Under the pieces are notes generated by a model. That model was not told the DNA's origin. It was given only the letters and a program-made list of their open reading frames with translations, and ran no database searches. Of a stretch of 64,000 bases of DNA, positions 34,128 to 45,857 are shown one piece after another. Numbering within the stretch: position 1 is the stretch's first letter; each line of letters starts with the position of its first letter. The DNA comes from a bacterium (GTDB taxonomy: Bacteria > UBA8248): positions 160,001 through 224,000 of the forward strand of contig CBDATS010000008.1 of the NCBI GenBank assembly GCA_965200245.1, read 5' to 3'. Made by a program: the position numbers and the translations under genes.

Positions 34128-35387
34128 ATGAAGTCGGAGAGTCCGGTGGAATTCTTCAAGGTCGTATCGCCAAGAGAAGCGAAAGAGGCGCTTCGGGGTT
34201 TTCGGGCGCTTGGAGCCGAGAGTGTCTCCTCTTTCAACGCAGTGGGGCGCATCTTGGCCCACGACGTCCACTCCCCCGTCGATCTGCCCGATTTTCCGCG
34301 CTCCACGATGGACGGCTACGCGGTGCGGGCGTCGGATTCCTTCGGGGCGAACGATGCCATTCCCGCCTACTTGGACCTGGTCGGACAGGTGCCGATGGGG
34401 ACAGCACCCGCCTTTTCGGTGGGCCGGGGTGAGGCGGCACGTATCCTGACGGGCGGCATGGTGCCGGAGGGTGCTGACGCCGTGGTGATGGAAGAGTTCA
34501 CTTCGGCCCCCGACGCGGAGACACTGGAGGTGCGGCGTCCCGTCGCCGTAGGAGAAAACGTCCTCTCGATAGGCGATGACCTCCATAAAGACGAATTGAT
34601 GCTGCGGGCGGGCTCGCGTCTCAGAAGTCAGGATGTGGGCGCGCTCGCGGGTGTTGGCGTCACGTCTGTCGAGGTTTATCGCCGCCCCCGGGTGGCGATA
34701 CTTCCCACGGGGGACGAACTCATCGACCCGCGCGATACGCCCCGCGCGGGTCAAGTACGCGACATCAATCGCTTCTCCCTGGCGGCGGGGGTCATTGAGG
34801 CGGGAGGCGAACCCGAGACCGAAGACATCCTCCCGGACGATCTCGGCGTCATCAAAGAGCGTCTGGATCGGGCCATGGGCCGATCGGATGTCGTGCTCAT
34901 CTCGGGTGGAAGTTCCATGGGTCTTCGCGACTACACGGTCGAAGCCATCGACTCGCTGGGTGAGCCGGGCGTCTTGGTGCACGGAATTTCCATCAAGCCC
35001 GGCAAGCCGACCATCATCGGGAGAATCGTTCAGGGAGGAGAGGATAAAGCCGTTATTGGCATTCCGGGGCATCCAGTCTCGGCCCTTATGATCTTTCACG
35101 CCTTCGTCCGGCCCGTCATCCGGCAGTTGAGCGGCGAGGTCGTTCGCGCGAATGCGGGAGAGGAAGGCCTAATGGCTACTCTTTCGAGGAACTTGGCCTC
35201 GGCACCCGGACGCGAGGATATGGTTCGCGTCGCACTCGAAAAGAGTGGGATCGGGCATGTTGCGCATCCGCTCATGGGTAATTCTGCAATGATATCGACC
35301 ATGACGAAGGCGGACGGCTATATCACGATTCCGCTTGCAGCCGAGGGGTTGCGCGAGGGTGTGCAAGTGCGTGTGCATCTCTACTGA
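34128..35387 (+). CDS. moeA: Molybdopterin molybdotransferase MoeA
   Basis: FPRSTMDGYAV, ILTGGMVPEGADAVVM, TGDEL, ISGGSSMG, IKPGKPT, GIPGHPVSA; alternative start GTG 34146 (MEFFKV). Confidence 0.95.
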   Translation: MKSESPVEFFKVVSPREAKEALRGFRALGAESVSSFNAVGRILAHDVHSPVDLPDFPRSTMDGYAVRASDSFGANDAIPAYLDLVGQVPMGTAPAFSVGRGEAARILTGGMVPEGADAVVMEEFTSAPDAETLEVRRPVAVGENVLSIGDDLHKDELMLRAGSRLRSQDVGALAGVGVTSVEVYRRPRVAILPTGDELIDPRDTPRAGQVRDINRFSLAAGVIEAGGEPETEDILPDDLGVIKERLDRAMGRSDVVLISGGSSMGLRDYTVEAIDSLGEPGVLVHGISIKPGKPTIIGRIVQGGEDKAVIGIPGHPVSALMIFHAFVRPVIRQLSGEVVRANAGEEGLMATLSRNLASAPGREDMVRVALEKSGIGHVAHPLMGNSAMISTMTKADGYITIPLAAEGLREGVQVRVHLY

Positions 35388-35436
35388 GTACGGATGCGCG
35401 TAGTAAGTTGTTTCTCATTGTTTCAGGCGCAAGCGA

Positions 35437-37398
35437 ATGAACAATTTGCCACTGGCCTAGGGGGGCCGGAAAATCTATCTTGAAAACATACCTCGAGAAG
35501 AGGCACTCTCGCGTCTTCTCGAGAAAATAGGCGACTTCCGCCTGGAAGAGGAGGAAATCGCTACGCCGGAGGCTTTGGGACGCGTGACCTCCCGGGCGAC
35601 CTACGCGCAGATTTCGAGTCCGCATTTTCACGCCGCCGCCATGGACGGGTACGCCCTCGCCTCGTCGGAAACCTCGGGAATAACCCCCGTGAGCCCCAAG
35701 GATTTTCTGCTCGGAGAAGAGGCTTACCCGATCGACACGGGCGACCCGATGCCCGAAGGAACGAACTGTGTCGTCATGATCGAGCATGTCCACGAGGCGA
35801 CCCCCGGTGCCATACGTATGGAGATGGCGCTCTCCCCCTGGCAGAACGTGCGCGTGGCGGGAGAAGACGTCGTAGAAGGTCAACTCATCCTCACGGCGGG
35901 ACATACTTTAAGGCCCTACGATCTGGGCGGTCTTCTCGCAGCGGGCGTCACGCGGGTGTGGGTGCGGCAGCGACCGAGGGTCGCCATCATCCCCACCGGC
36001 GATGAACTAGTGATAGCGGGTACAGATCTCAAACCAGGCGATCTGGTGGAGTTCAACTCGTGTGTCCTGTCTGCTTTCATCGCCGAATGGGGTGGAGAGG
36101 CACTGCCGGGTACGATTCTGGAAGATAGGTTCGAGGCCATCGAGTCTGCGGTGCGAGACGCGCTCGAAAGTGCCGATATCGTTTTGGTGAACGCGGGCTC
36201 ATCCGCCGGGCGTGAAGATCACACCGCCGCCGTCGTGGAGAAGTTGGGTGAACTACTCGTGCACGGCGTTGCCATCTTCCCCGGCAAGCCCACAATCCTG
36301 GGCGTTTGCGAGTCTGGATCAGGGTTACGCAAGCCCGTGCTCGGAATTCCGGGCTATCCGGTCTCGGCGGTACTGGCGCTTCAGGAGTTCGTACGGCCAC
36401 TGATTGCGCGCATGTCGGGCACGGTTCCAGGAGAAGAAGAGCGCATCAAAGCCTTCATGGGCCGGAAGAGCGCCTCAAGACTGGGGATGGAGGAATTCCT
36501 GCGCGTGAAACTCGGCCAGGTCGGCGAGCGGATGGTCTGCCTGCCCGCCAAGCGCGGGGCCAGTGTCATCAGTTCGCTCGTGGAGGCGGACGGCGTGGTG
36601 CGCGTGCCCGCTCACTCGGAGGGAGTCGAAACGGGCGAGGAGGTGACGGTAGAACTCTTGAGGCCACTATCCGATATTCAGGGTAACCTGCTTATGGCTG
36701 GCAGCCACGACAACGCCCTCGACCTGCTGGCGGGTGAATTGAAGGTACGCCACCACGATGCGCGTCTTTCTACCTCGGCGGTGGGTTCACTGGCGGGCCT
36801 CATCTCCGTGCGCGACGGCGAGGCTCACATTGCGAGCAGCCATCTGCTCGATCCGCAGACGGGAGAATACAACTGGCACTACATCGAGCGATATCTCAAG
36901 GGCCGCGAAGTCGTGGTGGTGAATTTCGTGCAAAGGGAACAGGGTATCCTGACGCCCAAGGGCAATCCCAAGGGGGTTACGGGCATCTCGGACTTGAGCC
37001 GCAATGATATCCACATAGTGAACCGCCAGAGCGGAGCGGGCACGCGGGTGCTGCTCGATCACTTGATGGAACGTGAGGGTCTCTCGCCAGCAGATGTCCG
37101 GGGCTATGAGCGGGTGGAAACCACACATATGGCAGTGGCCATGGCGGTGGCGGCTGGACGAGCGGACGGTGGTCTGGGTATATTCGCCGCCGCCAGAATA
37201 CTGAATCTCGATTTCATCCCGCTGGAGCGAGAACGGTTCGATTTTATCGTCCCCGCAGAGTACTGGGTGACACCCGCCATACAAAAGGTTATGGACATTT
37301 TGAATGACCGGGCTTTCCGGGATGCCGTGGAGGAACTCGGCGGGTATAATACGGCGTTGACTGGCCAGGTAATGGCTCCACCCCAAAGAGAAGGCTAG
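35437..37398 (+). CDS. moeA: MoeA fused to a C-terminal periplasmic-binding-like (PBP) domain; in-frame TAG at codon 8
   Basis: AAAMDGYA, IDTGDPMP, PGKPT, GIPGYPVSA; C-terminal GSHD, VGSLAGL, NRQSGAGTRVLLD; the conserved-looking RKIYLENIP lies upstream of the ORF-track start, after TAG 35458-35460. Confidence 0.85.
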
Positions 37399-37402
37399 AA
37401 CG

Positions 37403-38386
37403 ATGGCGTTATTTGATCGGTACGGGCGCGCGCATGATGATTTGAGGATATCTGTGACGGATCGGTGCAATTTCCGGTGCTTCTACTGCATGCCGGAAGA
37501 GGGTATGACGTGGCTGTCGCACGAGGAAATTCTCAACTATGAAGAGATTACCCGCGTGGTTCACATCACTACCGAACTGGGGTTCACGAGCTATCACCTC
37601 ACGGGTGGCGAGCCGCTCATCCGCAAGGACTTGCACCGCCTCGTCGAACAGATGGTGGCAGTGCAGCCCGGTATGGACCTTGCCCTGACGACGAACGGCG
37701 TTTTTCTTCCAAAGATGGCGAAGGATCTCTATGCGGCGGGATTGAGGCGTGTGAACATCAGCCTGGATTCGATGGACGCGGGTAAATTCCTGTTCATGAC
37801 GCGTCGCGATGTGTTCGGGCAGGTGATGGAGGGCATCAAGGCGGCCGCGGAAGTCGGGTTCTCGCCCATCAAGATCAACGCGGTAGCGATCAAGGGGCTG
37901 AGCGAAGAGGAATTACCGCGCTTCGCCAAATGGTCGCGCGAGACGGGCTACATCGTGCGCTTCATCGAATACATGCCGCTTGATGCGGACCAGACTTGGG
38001 CGCACGAGAAAGTCTTGACAGCGGAGGAGATACTGGAAGGTCTATCCGTTGAGGGAGAACTCGAACTCGTAAGCGGTCATCCCTCGGACCCTGCGGTACG
38101 CTACCGTTATAAGGACGGGAAGGGCGAGGTGGGCGTAATCGCCTCGGTCACGCGGCCGTTTTGTCAGGATTGCAACCGCATCCGTCTCACGGCAGACGGC
38201 ATGGTGCGAACATGCCTGTTCTCCACGGTTGAGCATGACATCAAGAGGTTGCTCAGAGGCGGTGTGTCGAACGATGAGATAAAGGCTTGGCTCGCCGAGG
38301 TGGTGCGCACGAAGACGCCGGGTCATCTCATAGGCCAGAAGGAGTTCGTCCAGCCCGAACGCACCATGAGTGCTATCGGCGGCTAG
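37403..38386 (+). CDS. moaA: GTP 3',8-cyclase MoaA (radical SAM)
   Basis: LRISVTDRCNFRCFYCMP, FCQDCNRIRLTADG..TCLF, C-terminal MSAIGG. Confidence 0.97.
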   Translation: MALFDRYGRAHDDLRISVTDRCNFRCFYCMPEEGMTWLSHEEILNYEEITRVVHITTELGFTSYHLTGGEPLIRKDLHRLVEQMVAVQPGMDLALTTNGVFLPKMAKDLYAAGLRRVNISLDSMDAGKFLFMTRRDVFGQVMEGIKAAAEVGFSPIKINAVAIKGLSEEELPRFAKWSRETGYIVRFIEYMPLDADQTWAHEKVLTAEEILEGLSVEGELELVSGHPSDPAVRYRYKDGKGEVGVIASVTRPFCQDCNRIRLTADGMVRTCLFSTVEHDIKRLLRGGVSNDEIKAWLAEVVRTKTPGHLIGQKEFVQPERTMSAIGG

Positions 38387-38923
38387 ATTTCCCGTATCTA
38401 GGTTCGGAATCAACCACTCATGTGATGAAGCGGTGCCTGCTCGCGAACCGCTGTTTCCGGCGAAATAAATTCACAAAACTTCCTTATTTATTGGGAATTA
38501 CATACTTGAATCCGCAAGTCTGAATATCCTGATTTTGCGTTTTCCGGGTGTATCTTTTCAGGTCACAGGCGGAATTGCTGTCAGAACCGGTGCATGCGCC
38601 GCCTTCTTCCATTCAGCCGATACACCGGAACTGACAGTAATTCGAACGTGGGCACTTTCGTATATGATTTCCCTTGTTGATACCAACCGTGATCGTCAAG
38701 GGACGCAGCCGTGATACGGCCTGGTTTTACCTCACCCGGGAGGAATGATCTGCTGTCCGCCAGGCACACGACCGCTGGCTCGCGCCGGACAGTTTCGACG
38801 CCACGGGCCGCCAGAAATGCCCGCCAGGCACCCTCACCCGCGCGCTTTGGTGAAAAGGCCTGTTCCCTCCGGACGATCAGCTGTCGTTCGGGGAAGAAAA
38901 TCGTGACACCCCAATCTCCCTAA

Positions 38924-39183
38924 TTATGAGCCATAATAGGGATTATCATACAATCCGCCTTGAACAGACGCTGTTCCGTGGTGAGCCGGGGCGAAGACGG
39001 AAGGACGAGATAGCAGTTCTCGGCGTCGTCCTCCATCACATGCAGGTTGAAAGTCTCCGGCACCGAGATTCCGAACTCCTCGGATACCACGGCCCTCGGC
39101 TCGGAGATCAGACGGGTACGGAACTCTTCACTGTCGCCTGCCTTCTCGATCAGGTGCTCGCGCATCTCGGAAATAGATTTCAT
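38924..39183 (-). pseudogene. NHLP (nitrile hydratase leader) RiPP precursor with a frameshift just before the double-glycine site; restored core LYDNPYYGS
   Basis: AAGGAG RBS; MKSISEMREHLIEKAGDSEEFRTRLISEPRAVVSEEFGISVPETFNLHVMEDDAENCYLVLPSSPRLTTEQ; a -1 shift at 38971 gives ASVQGG-LYDNPYYGS-stop. Confidence 0.8.
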
Positions 39184-39652
39184 TCCGGTCTCCTTATCCT
39201 GAAAAAATGAGTATGGTTTGGTACCCTGATACTTTCGTTTTTTTGCATCGTCATCATGAACAGGGTATGGGATGTTCCGATGGGAAAGCAGGAAATTTTT
39301 CGATGGTTTTCCCGTTTTTCTGTTGGGGAACAGGCTTTCTCCCGGAAGCCCGTCCGTATGCCCCCTGTTCTCCCGGGAAACCGGCGGCCGAAGGCTCCGT
39401 TTTTCCAAAATTCAGGGAGCCAGACTTGCGGATTCAAGTATGTAATTCCCTATTTATTCCTGTCCTGAATTCTATGAACACCGCTTTTGCACATCGCATT
39501 TCGTGGTTTTCCCAAGTCGTTTTTATGGAACTTCCTTGTGTCTAGAAACTTGACATTCGTGACTTTGTGATAAGATCGTGGGCACCTCAGCGTAGGACAC
39601 ATCGGGCGAAATATTCGCTCTCGGTGTTCTCTTTCGGAGGAACGCAGGAGAA

Positions 39653-41155
39653 ATGAGCAGAAGAACAGCCGCAGCCCTCGGCCTTGTACTTCTTATGATT
39701 GCGGGCGAGACCGTCGTCGCAGAGGCGGGCCGCCCCAGAAGGGGGAGTAGAAACCGCATCGTATCGGTTCAGGTACAAAAAGTCGCCGTGGGCCGCCTGG
39801 GCAGACGGTTGGCGGCCACGGGAACACTCCTGGCCCAGAGTGAAGTCAAGCTCATGTCCCGCGCCGAAGGTCAGGCGCAGGAGATACTGGTGCGCGAAGG
39901 AGCGCGCGTCGCAAAGGGGCAAATCCTTGCGCGCATTGATTCTACCATCAAGCGAATCGATTTGAAGTTGGCCGAAAGCGAACTCGCCGCCGCGCGGGCG
40001 AACCTGGCGAAATTGAAATCCGGAAGCAGACCTGAAGAAATTGCAGCAGCCGAGGCTGCCGTGGCCCAGTCGGAAGCGACTCGCAAGCGCAGCGAGGCGG
40101 AAATCACCTCCACCCTCGCCAGGCAGGAGGAAGCGGAAGCCAACGCACGTTCTTTGGGTGCCCTGCACAAAACAGGTGTCATCAGCGCGCAGGAGTGGCG
40201 CAAGGTAACGACCGAGGCGAATCGCGCTCGTGCGGACGTGGCCGAGCGCAGGGCGCGCCTCGCCGAGGACGCCGCGCGGGTCCGCGCGGCGCAGGAGAAG
40301 CTCAAGCTCGTGAAAATCGGCGCGCGCGCAGAGGATCTGGCAATGGCGCGGGCGGAAGTGCGTAAGCGTCTCCAGCAGGTGAGCCGTCTCAAGGTGGAGG
40401 TGGAATATTTCACTGTCCGCTCACCGATTTCAGGCGTCGTTACCGAAAGGAGAATCGAGCCAGGCGACCTTGCGGTGAACAGGGTACATTTGTTCACCAT
40501 CTCCCAGACGGACACGCTTCGCGCCCGGGTGCGGGTGAGTGAGCTGGATCTGCCGCTCATCAGAAAAGGCCAAGGGGCGCGTGTCGAGCTCGACGCCTAC
40601 CGGGGCCGTCCGTTCTCGGGGAAGTTGACGCGAATTTTCCCTAGTGTGGACCCGAGTTCACGCCAGCTTATCGTAGAGGTGGACGTGAAAAATACGGATT
40701 TCTCCCTGAGGCCCGGTCTTCTCGCCCGGGTGAAGTTTGAACCCCTGTTAGGCAGGCGAGCGATCAACCTGCCGGTTCACGCTGTCCTCTGGGACGGGGA
40801 CTTGCGCACCAAGGCAGGCGCCGTCTTCGTCGTCCAAAGCCTCCGACGGGGAGCGGGAAGAGGCGGGCCCGGAGGACAAGGCGGCCCAAGCAGGAGAAAT
40901 GAGGCGCGTAGCGGCGGACAGAGAGGCTCCGATAGGGGGAGTGGAGCCCGCAGGGGAACGGCCGAGGCGAGCGGGCGCAGCGGGGCAGGAAGGCGCGGTC
41001 CGCGCTTCATGGCGGTACGCCGTGAGGTGCGTTTGGGTGAGATGATCGACGGCCGCATCGAGATTCTCGGTGGTCTTCGTGCAGACGAGCGGGTGGTCGT
41101 GAGCGCCATCAGCCAGCTAAGGGACGGGCGTCCCATTCGGATCGTCGGGCCCTAA
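39653..41155 (+). CDS. RND efflux periplasmic adaptor (membrane fusion protein)
   Basis: VREGARVAKGQILARID, long coiled coil, VRSPISGVV, LRPGLLARV. Confidence 0.9.
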   Translation: MSRRTAAALGLVLLMIAGETVVAEAGRPRRGSRNRIVSVQVQKVAVGRLGRRLAATGTLLAQSEVKLMSRAEGQAQEILVREGARVAKGQILARIDSTIKRIDLKLAESELAAARANLAKLKSGSRPEEIAAAEAAVAQSEATRKRSEAEITSTLARQEEAEANARSLGALHKTGVISAQEWRKVTTEANRARADVAERRARLAEDAARVRAAQEKLKLVKIGARAEDLAMARAEVRKRLQQVSRLKVEVEYFTVRSPISGVVTERRIEPGDLAVNRVHLFTISQTDTLRARVRVSELDLPLIRKGQGARVELDAYRGRPFSGKLTRIFPSVDPSSRQLIVEVDVKNTDFSLRPGLLARVKFEPLLGRRAINLPVHAVLWDGDLRTKAGAVFVVQSLRRGAGRGGPGGQGGPSRRNEARSGGQRGSDRGSGARRGTAEASGRSGAGRRGPRFMAVRREVRLGEMIDGRIEILGGLRADERVVVSAISQLRDGRPIRIVGP

Positions 41156-41172
41156 GAAAAATTGGTGACCTC

Positions 41173-44100
41173 ATGCTGAGCCGAAGCTGTATCCGAAGAC
41201 CCGTGGGAACCATCATGGGCGTCGTGTGTGCACTGGTACTCGGTTTCTTCGCACTCACGCGGTTGCCAGTCGATTTTTTGCCCAGAATTATCTATCCGCG
41301 TATATTCATCGGCATCGATTTTGAAGGGGCCGACCCCAAGGTGGTCGAGGAGCAAGTCACCAAGGTGGTCGAGCGCGAACTCGCGACCACGCAAGGGGTG
41401 GTGCGCATATTCTCCATCAGCCGTGAAGGTGCAGCGCGCTTGTGGATGTTCTTCGATTTCACTCGCGACATCGATCTCGCGCTCCAGGACGCTATCAGCA
41501 AATTCAACGTCGCCAGAAGAAACCTGCCGCAAGAGATACAGGATCAACTCCAGAACACGCGCATTTTCAAGTCCGACCCGGCGCAGGTGCCCATCATCGA
41601 ATATGCGCTGTCTTCGAAAACTCTCAAAGGACCGCAGCTTCAGACCTGGGCGCGCAAGGTGCTCATCCCCCAACTCATGACCGTTCCAGGCATCGCCTCG
41701 GTAGAAGCGTTCGGCGGCCAGGACGAGGAGGTGCAGGTTCTCGTCGACCTGCCCAGGATGCAGGGCCTGGGCCTCGACCTGCCCGCCGTACTGAGAAGGA
41801 TGCGCGCTGAAAATAAGGATTTGGCCGCAGGACGGGTGAAGACTGTCCATCGGGAGTATTCGAGTCGGACGGCGGGTAAACTCAAGAGCGCAGGTGAACT
41901 TTCGCGCCTGATTTTCCCTACCAAGGACGGTCGGCGGGTCTATCTGCGTGATTTTGCCAAGGTGCAGGACGCTGGCAAGGAGCGGCGCATATTTGTTTGG
42001 CTGAACGGCGATGAGAGCGTCAAGGTTGTGGCCCTCAAGCAACCCGACGCGAACACAGTCTCCGTCGTAGATGGCCTGCGCGATAGACTTGCTTTCCTCA
42101 CGCGATACGGCATCGTGCCACCAGACATCACACTCGTCCCGATATCAGATCAGAGCTTCTTCATCCGTGCCTCGATCAAGAATGTCCTCTCTTCCGCCTT
42201 GGTGGGTGGCGCGTTGGCGATATTGGTAGTGCTTTGTTTCCTGGGGAGTCTCAGGCGCACGTTCATTATAGGCCTGGCAGTCCCGATTGCTTCTGTCTTC
42301 ACGTTTTTCCTTATGTGGGTATTGGGCTTTACTTTCAACATATTCAGCTTGGGAGGCGTGGCACTCGGCGTGGGAATGCTCGTGGACAACGCCATCGTCA
42401 TGCTCGAGAACATCTCGCGTCATCAGGGAGAAGGAGGCGACCCCGTGGAGGCGGCCGAGAGAGGCGCCGGTGAGGTGGAGAGTGCCATGGTCGCTTCCAC
42501 GCTCACGAACGTGGCTGCCGTTATGCCGTTTCTGCTGATCTCGGGCTACGTGGCGCTCCTGTTCCGGGAGTTGATACTCACCATCACGCTGGCTTTCATT
42601 TGCAGCCTCATGGTCGGCCTCACGGTGGTGGCCATGCTTTCCGCAAGACTGTTGCAGGTTCCTATGAGCAGCGGTTTCAGTCGCTTTCCGCTCTTCCGAC
42701 TTTTCATCCGGTTTGTGGACCTCGCCAACCGGCTGTACCGTTTTCTCTTGAGGCCGGTGCTCACTCTCCGCTGGGTGGTTATCATCCTCGCCCTGGTCAT
42801 CTGCACGAGCAGCTACACGCTCATTGGCAAGCTGGGTAACGAACTCCTGCCCCAGGTGGATGACGGACGGATCTCAGTCGACATTCGTTTTTCCCCGGGT
42901 GGGACCCTCGAATACACCAAACAGGTGACACGTGAGATTCACGACATGCTCGTGCGCGATCCTGCGGTGGACAAGGTGTTCGCCACGGCGGGGGGACGTC
43001 TTTTCGGAAGAAATTTTTCGCCATCCGCTTCTCGGGGCAGAATCGACGTGACGCTCAAAGATGGCGTGAGCGTGTTTGGCTACCTCAAGAAACTGAGGTC
43101 CCGCCTCTCTCGAATGACGTATCCCGACGCGCGGATTTACGCTTTCAAGAGCCGGGTACGCGGTCTTCGCACCTCCAACACCCGGCACAACAAAAGCTTC
43201 TCCCTGGGTGTTCGGGGCGAGGACTTACCCACGCTCAACCGCGTTGCCGAAGAAGTCGTCGAGAAGCTCCAGGGGGTGGCAGGGCTTCACAACGTGCAGA
43301 TGACCGAGGACAGGCCTCGCCCCGAGTTCCGCATCCAGGTGAATCGCGAGCGCGCGGCGGAACTCGGCTTATCCGTCGAGGACGTGGGCGACACTGTGGC
43401 CACTGCGATCGACGGCTCGATAGCTACATTCATCAACAGAGTGGACACACGCGTGCCGGTGCGGGTCAAGTTCTCCGATACCGAGATCAAGAGTGAACAG
43501 GATTTGGCGCAACTACCACTGTTTCCCCAGAATCAGAACTGGCGATCCACACGCCTGAACCATGTGGCGCATATTCGCTACGGACAAGGCAGTTCGGTCA
43601 TATCGCGAACGGATCAAAACCGCCTTATCCAGATAACGGGCGACATCCAGGGCCGCTCGCTGGGCGATGTGAGCGCGGACGTTCGCGAGCGGCTCAAGGA
43701 CGTCAACGTGCCGAGGGGTTATTTCATTTTGCCGGGAGAGGACGAGGAAAACCTCAAGAAATCGAATCGGGAGTTGATAATCCTGGCCCTGCTGGCGATA
43801 TTCCTAGTCTACACGGTGCTGGCCGTCCAGTACGACTCGCTCGTGAACCCCCTCGTCATCATCTTCGCAGTGCCGCCCGCGCTCACGGGCGCGCTCTGTG
43901 GTCTCTATCTCACTGGCACGCCTTTCGGCTCGACGGTGCTCATTGGTGTCATCCTGCTCGTGGGCATCGTGGTGAACAACTCCATCGTGATGATTGATTA
44001 CGTCGAGCGCTTGAGAGAACGCGGGATGGAGATACGTGACGCCATTGTAGAAGGGGCGTCGACGAGGCTGCGCCCGATTCTTATGACCACACTCACCACC

Positions 44101-44313
44101 ATTATCGCGCTCACTCCATTGGCGAGCGGCTGGGGGAAAGGGTCAGAGATGCTCAAGCCCTTGGGGCTGGTCGTGCTGAGCGGACTTTCGCTCTCTACCC
44201 TGTTCACGCTTTTCCTCGTGCCGTGCATCTATCTCGCTGCCCAGAACTTCGTGCAGAGCTTGAGGCGTGCCATAGGCTTGCACGAGACGAAATACACGGT
44301 GCCCACCGCGTAG
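41173..44313 (+). CDS. RND efflux permease (AcrB/AcrD/AcrF family)
   Basis: IRRPVGT, GMLVDNAIVMLENI, GIVVNNSIV, RLRPILMTT. Confidence 0.95.
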   Translation: MLSRSCIRRPVGTIMGVVCALVLGFFALTRLPVDFLPRIIYPRIFIGIDFEGADPKVVEEQVTKVVERELATTQGVVRIFSISREGAARLWMFFDFTRDIDLALQDAISKFNVARRNLPQEIQDQLQNTRIFKSDPAQVPIIEYALSSKTLKGPQLQTWARKVLIPQLMTVPGIASVEAFGGQDEEVQVLVDLPRMQGLGLDLPAVLRRMRAENKDLAAGRVKTVHREYSSRTAGKLKSAGELSRLIFPTKDGRRVYLRDFAKVQDAGKERRIFVWLNGDESVKVVALKQPDANTVSVVDGLRDRLAFLTRYGIVPPDITLVPISDQSFFIRASIKNVLSSALVGGALAILVVLCFLGSLRRTFIIGLAVPIASVFTFFLMWVLGFTFNIFSLGGVALGVGMLVDNAIVMLENISRHQGEGGDPVEAAERGAGEVESAMVASTLTNVAAVMPFLLISGYVALLFRELILTITLAFICSLMVGLTVVAMLSARLLQVPMSSGFSRFPLFRLFIRFVDLANRLYRFLLRPVLTLRWVVIILALVICTSSYTLIGKLGNELLPQVDDGRISVDIRFSPGGTLEYTKQVTREIHDMLVRDPAVDKVFATAGGRLFGRNFSPSASRGRIDVTLKDGVSVFGYLKKLRSRLSRMTYPDARIYAFKSRVRGLRTSNTRHNKSFSLGVRGEDLPTLNRVAEEVVEKLQGVAGLHNVQMTEDRPRPEFRIQVNRERAAELGLSVEDVGDTVATAIDGSIATFINRVDTRVPVRVKFSDTEIKSEQDLAQLPLFPQNQNWRSTRLNHVAHIRYGQGSSVISRTDQNRLIQITGDIQGRSLGDVSADVRERLKDVNVPRGYFILPGEDEENLKKSNRELIILALLAIFLVYTVLAVQYDSLVNPLVIIFAVPPALTGALCGLYLTGTPFGSTVLIGVILLVGIVVNNSIVMIDYVERLRERGMEIRDAIVEGASTRLRPILMTTLTTIIALTPLASGWGKGSEMLKPLGLVVLSGLSLSTLFTLFLVPCIYLAAQNFVQSLRRAIGLHETKYTVPTA

Positions 44314-44432
44314 ACTCGGATCGCACGATGATAATATTATTCCTCTTCTCTGGATTTGCACGTCGAATACCCGTAGTATCCTCCGCTTCTGAGGGCTGTT
44401 TTTTCAATGGAGAGAGCATGGTCAGGAAAGGA

Positions 44433-45151
<719 letters not shown>

Positions 45152-45155
<4 letters not shown>

Positions 45156-45754
45156 GGATCGTTCTTGCGAGTGGAAATCCGGGAAAAGTACGCGAGGTAC
45201 GCGCCGCTCTCGAAGGAATGGACGTCGAACTGCTCAGTCCTGCCGAGGCGGGTATCGAGTTCGATGTCGAAGAGACAGGCTCCACTTATGCGGAAAACGC
45301 GCTCATCAAGGCGCAGGCCGCATGCCGGGAGAGCGGTCTTCCCGCTCTCGCGGACGATTCGGGCGTGGAGGTGGACGCGCTGCCGGGCGAATTGGGCGTC
45401 CGCTCCGCACGTTTTGGCGGTGGGGGGCTGAGCGATTTGGAGCGAAATGAGCTCCTGCTCGAAAGGTTGCGCGATGCACCTGACGCCGCGCGTAGTGCGC
45501 GTTACGTTTGTGTGCTGGCTTTCGTGAAGCTGGGTGGATGGTTCGGTTTTTACGAGGGAACCCTGCACGGACGAATACTTCGCGCCCCCAGAGGGGAAGG
45601 TGGTTTCGGCTACGACCCGCTCATGTATCTGCCCGAGCATGGTTGTGCCGTCTCTGAACTGCCGCTAGCAGTCAAGAACCGTATCAGCCATAGGGGAATC
45701 GCGCTCGCGGAGTTTCGCGTGTGGCTGGCTCACGAGACGATTGATGGGGCATAA
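45152..45754 (+). CDS. rdgB: Non-canonical purine NTP pyrophosphatase (RdgB/HAM1)
   Basis: LASGNPGKVRE, ENALIKA, ADDSG, GFGYDP, KNRISHRG; ATGA overlap with rph. Confidence 0.95.
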
Positions 45755-45857
45755 TGGCAGAAATCATGTGGAATACGGTCGCCAAGACGACGAAGGCGGC
45801 CGGGGATGAGGACGACGCCTATTCTTAGATGAGGCACATAGACGGGAGAGATCAGAT

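Noticed and set aside
38581-38915. Possible maturase remnant downstream of the orphan NHLP precursor
   Set aside because: Translations in the three minus frames showed no motif I could recognise
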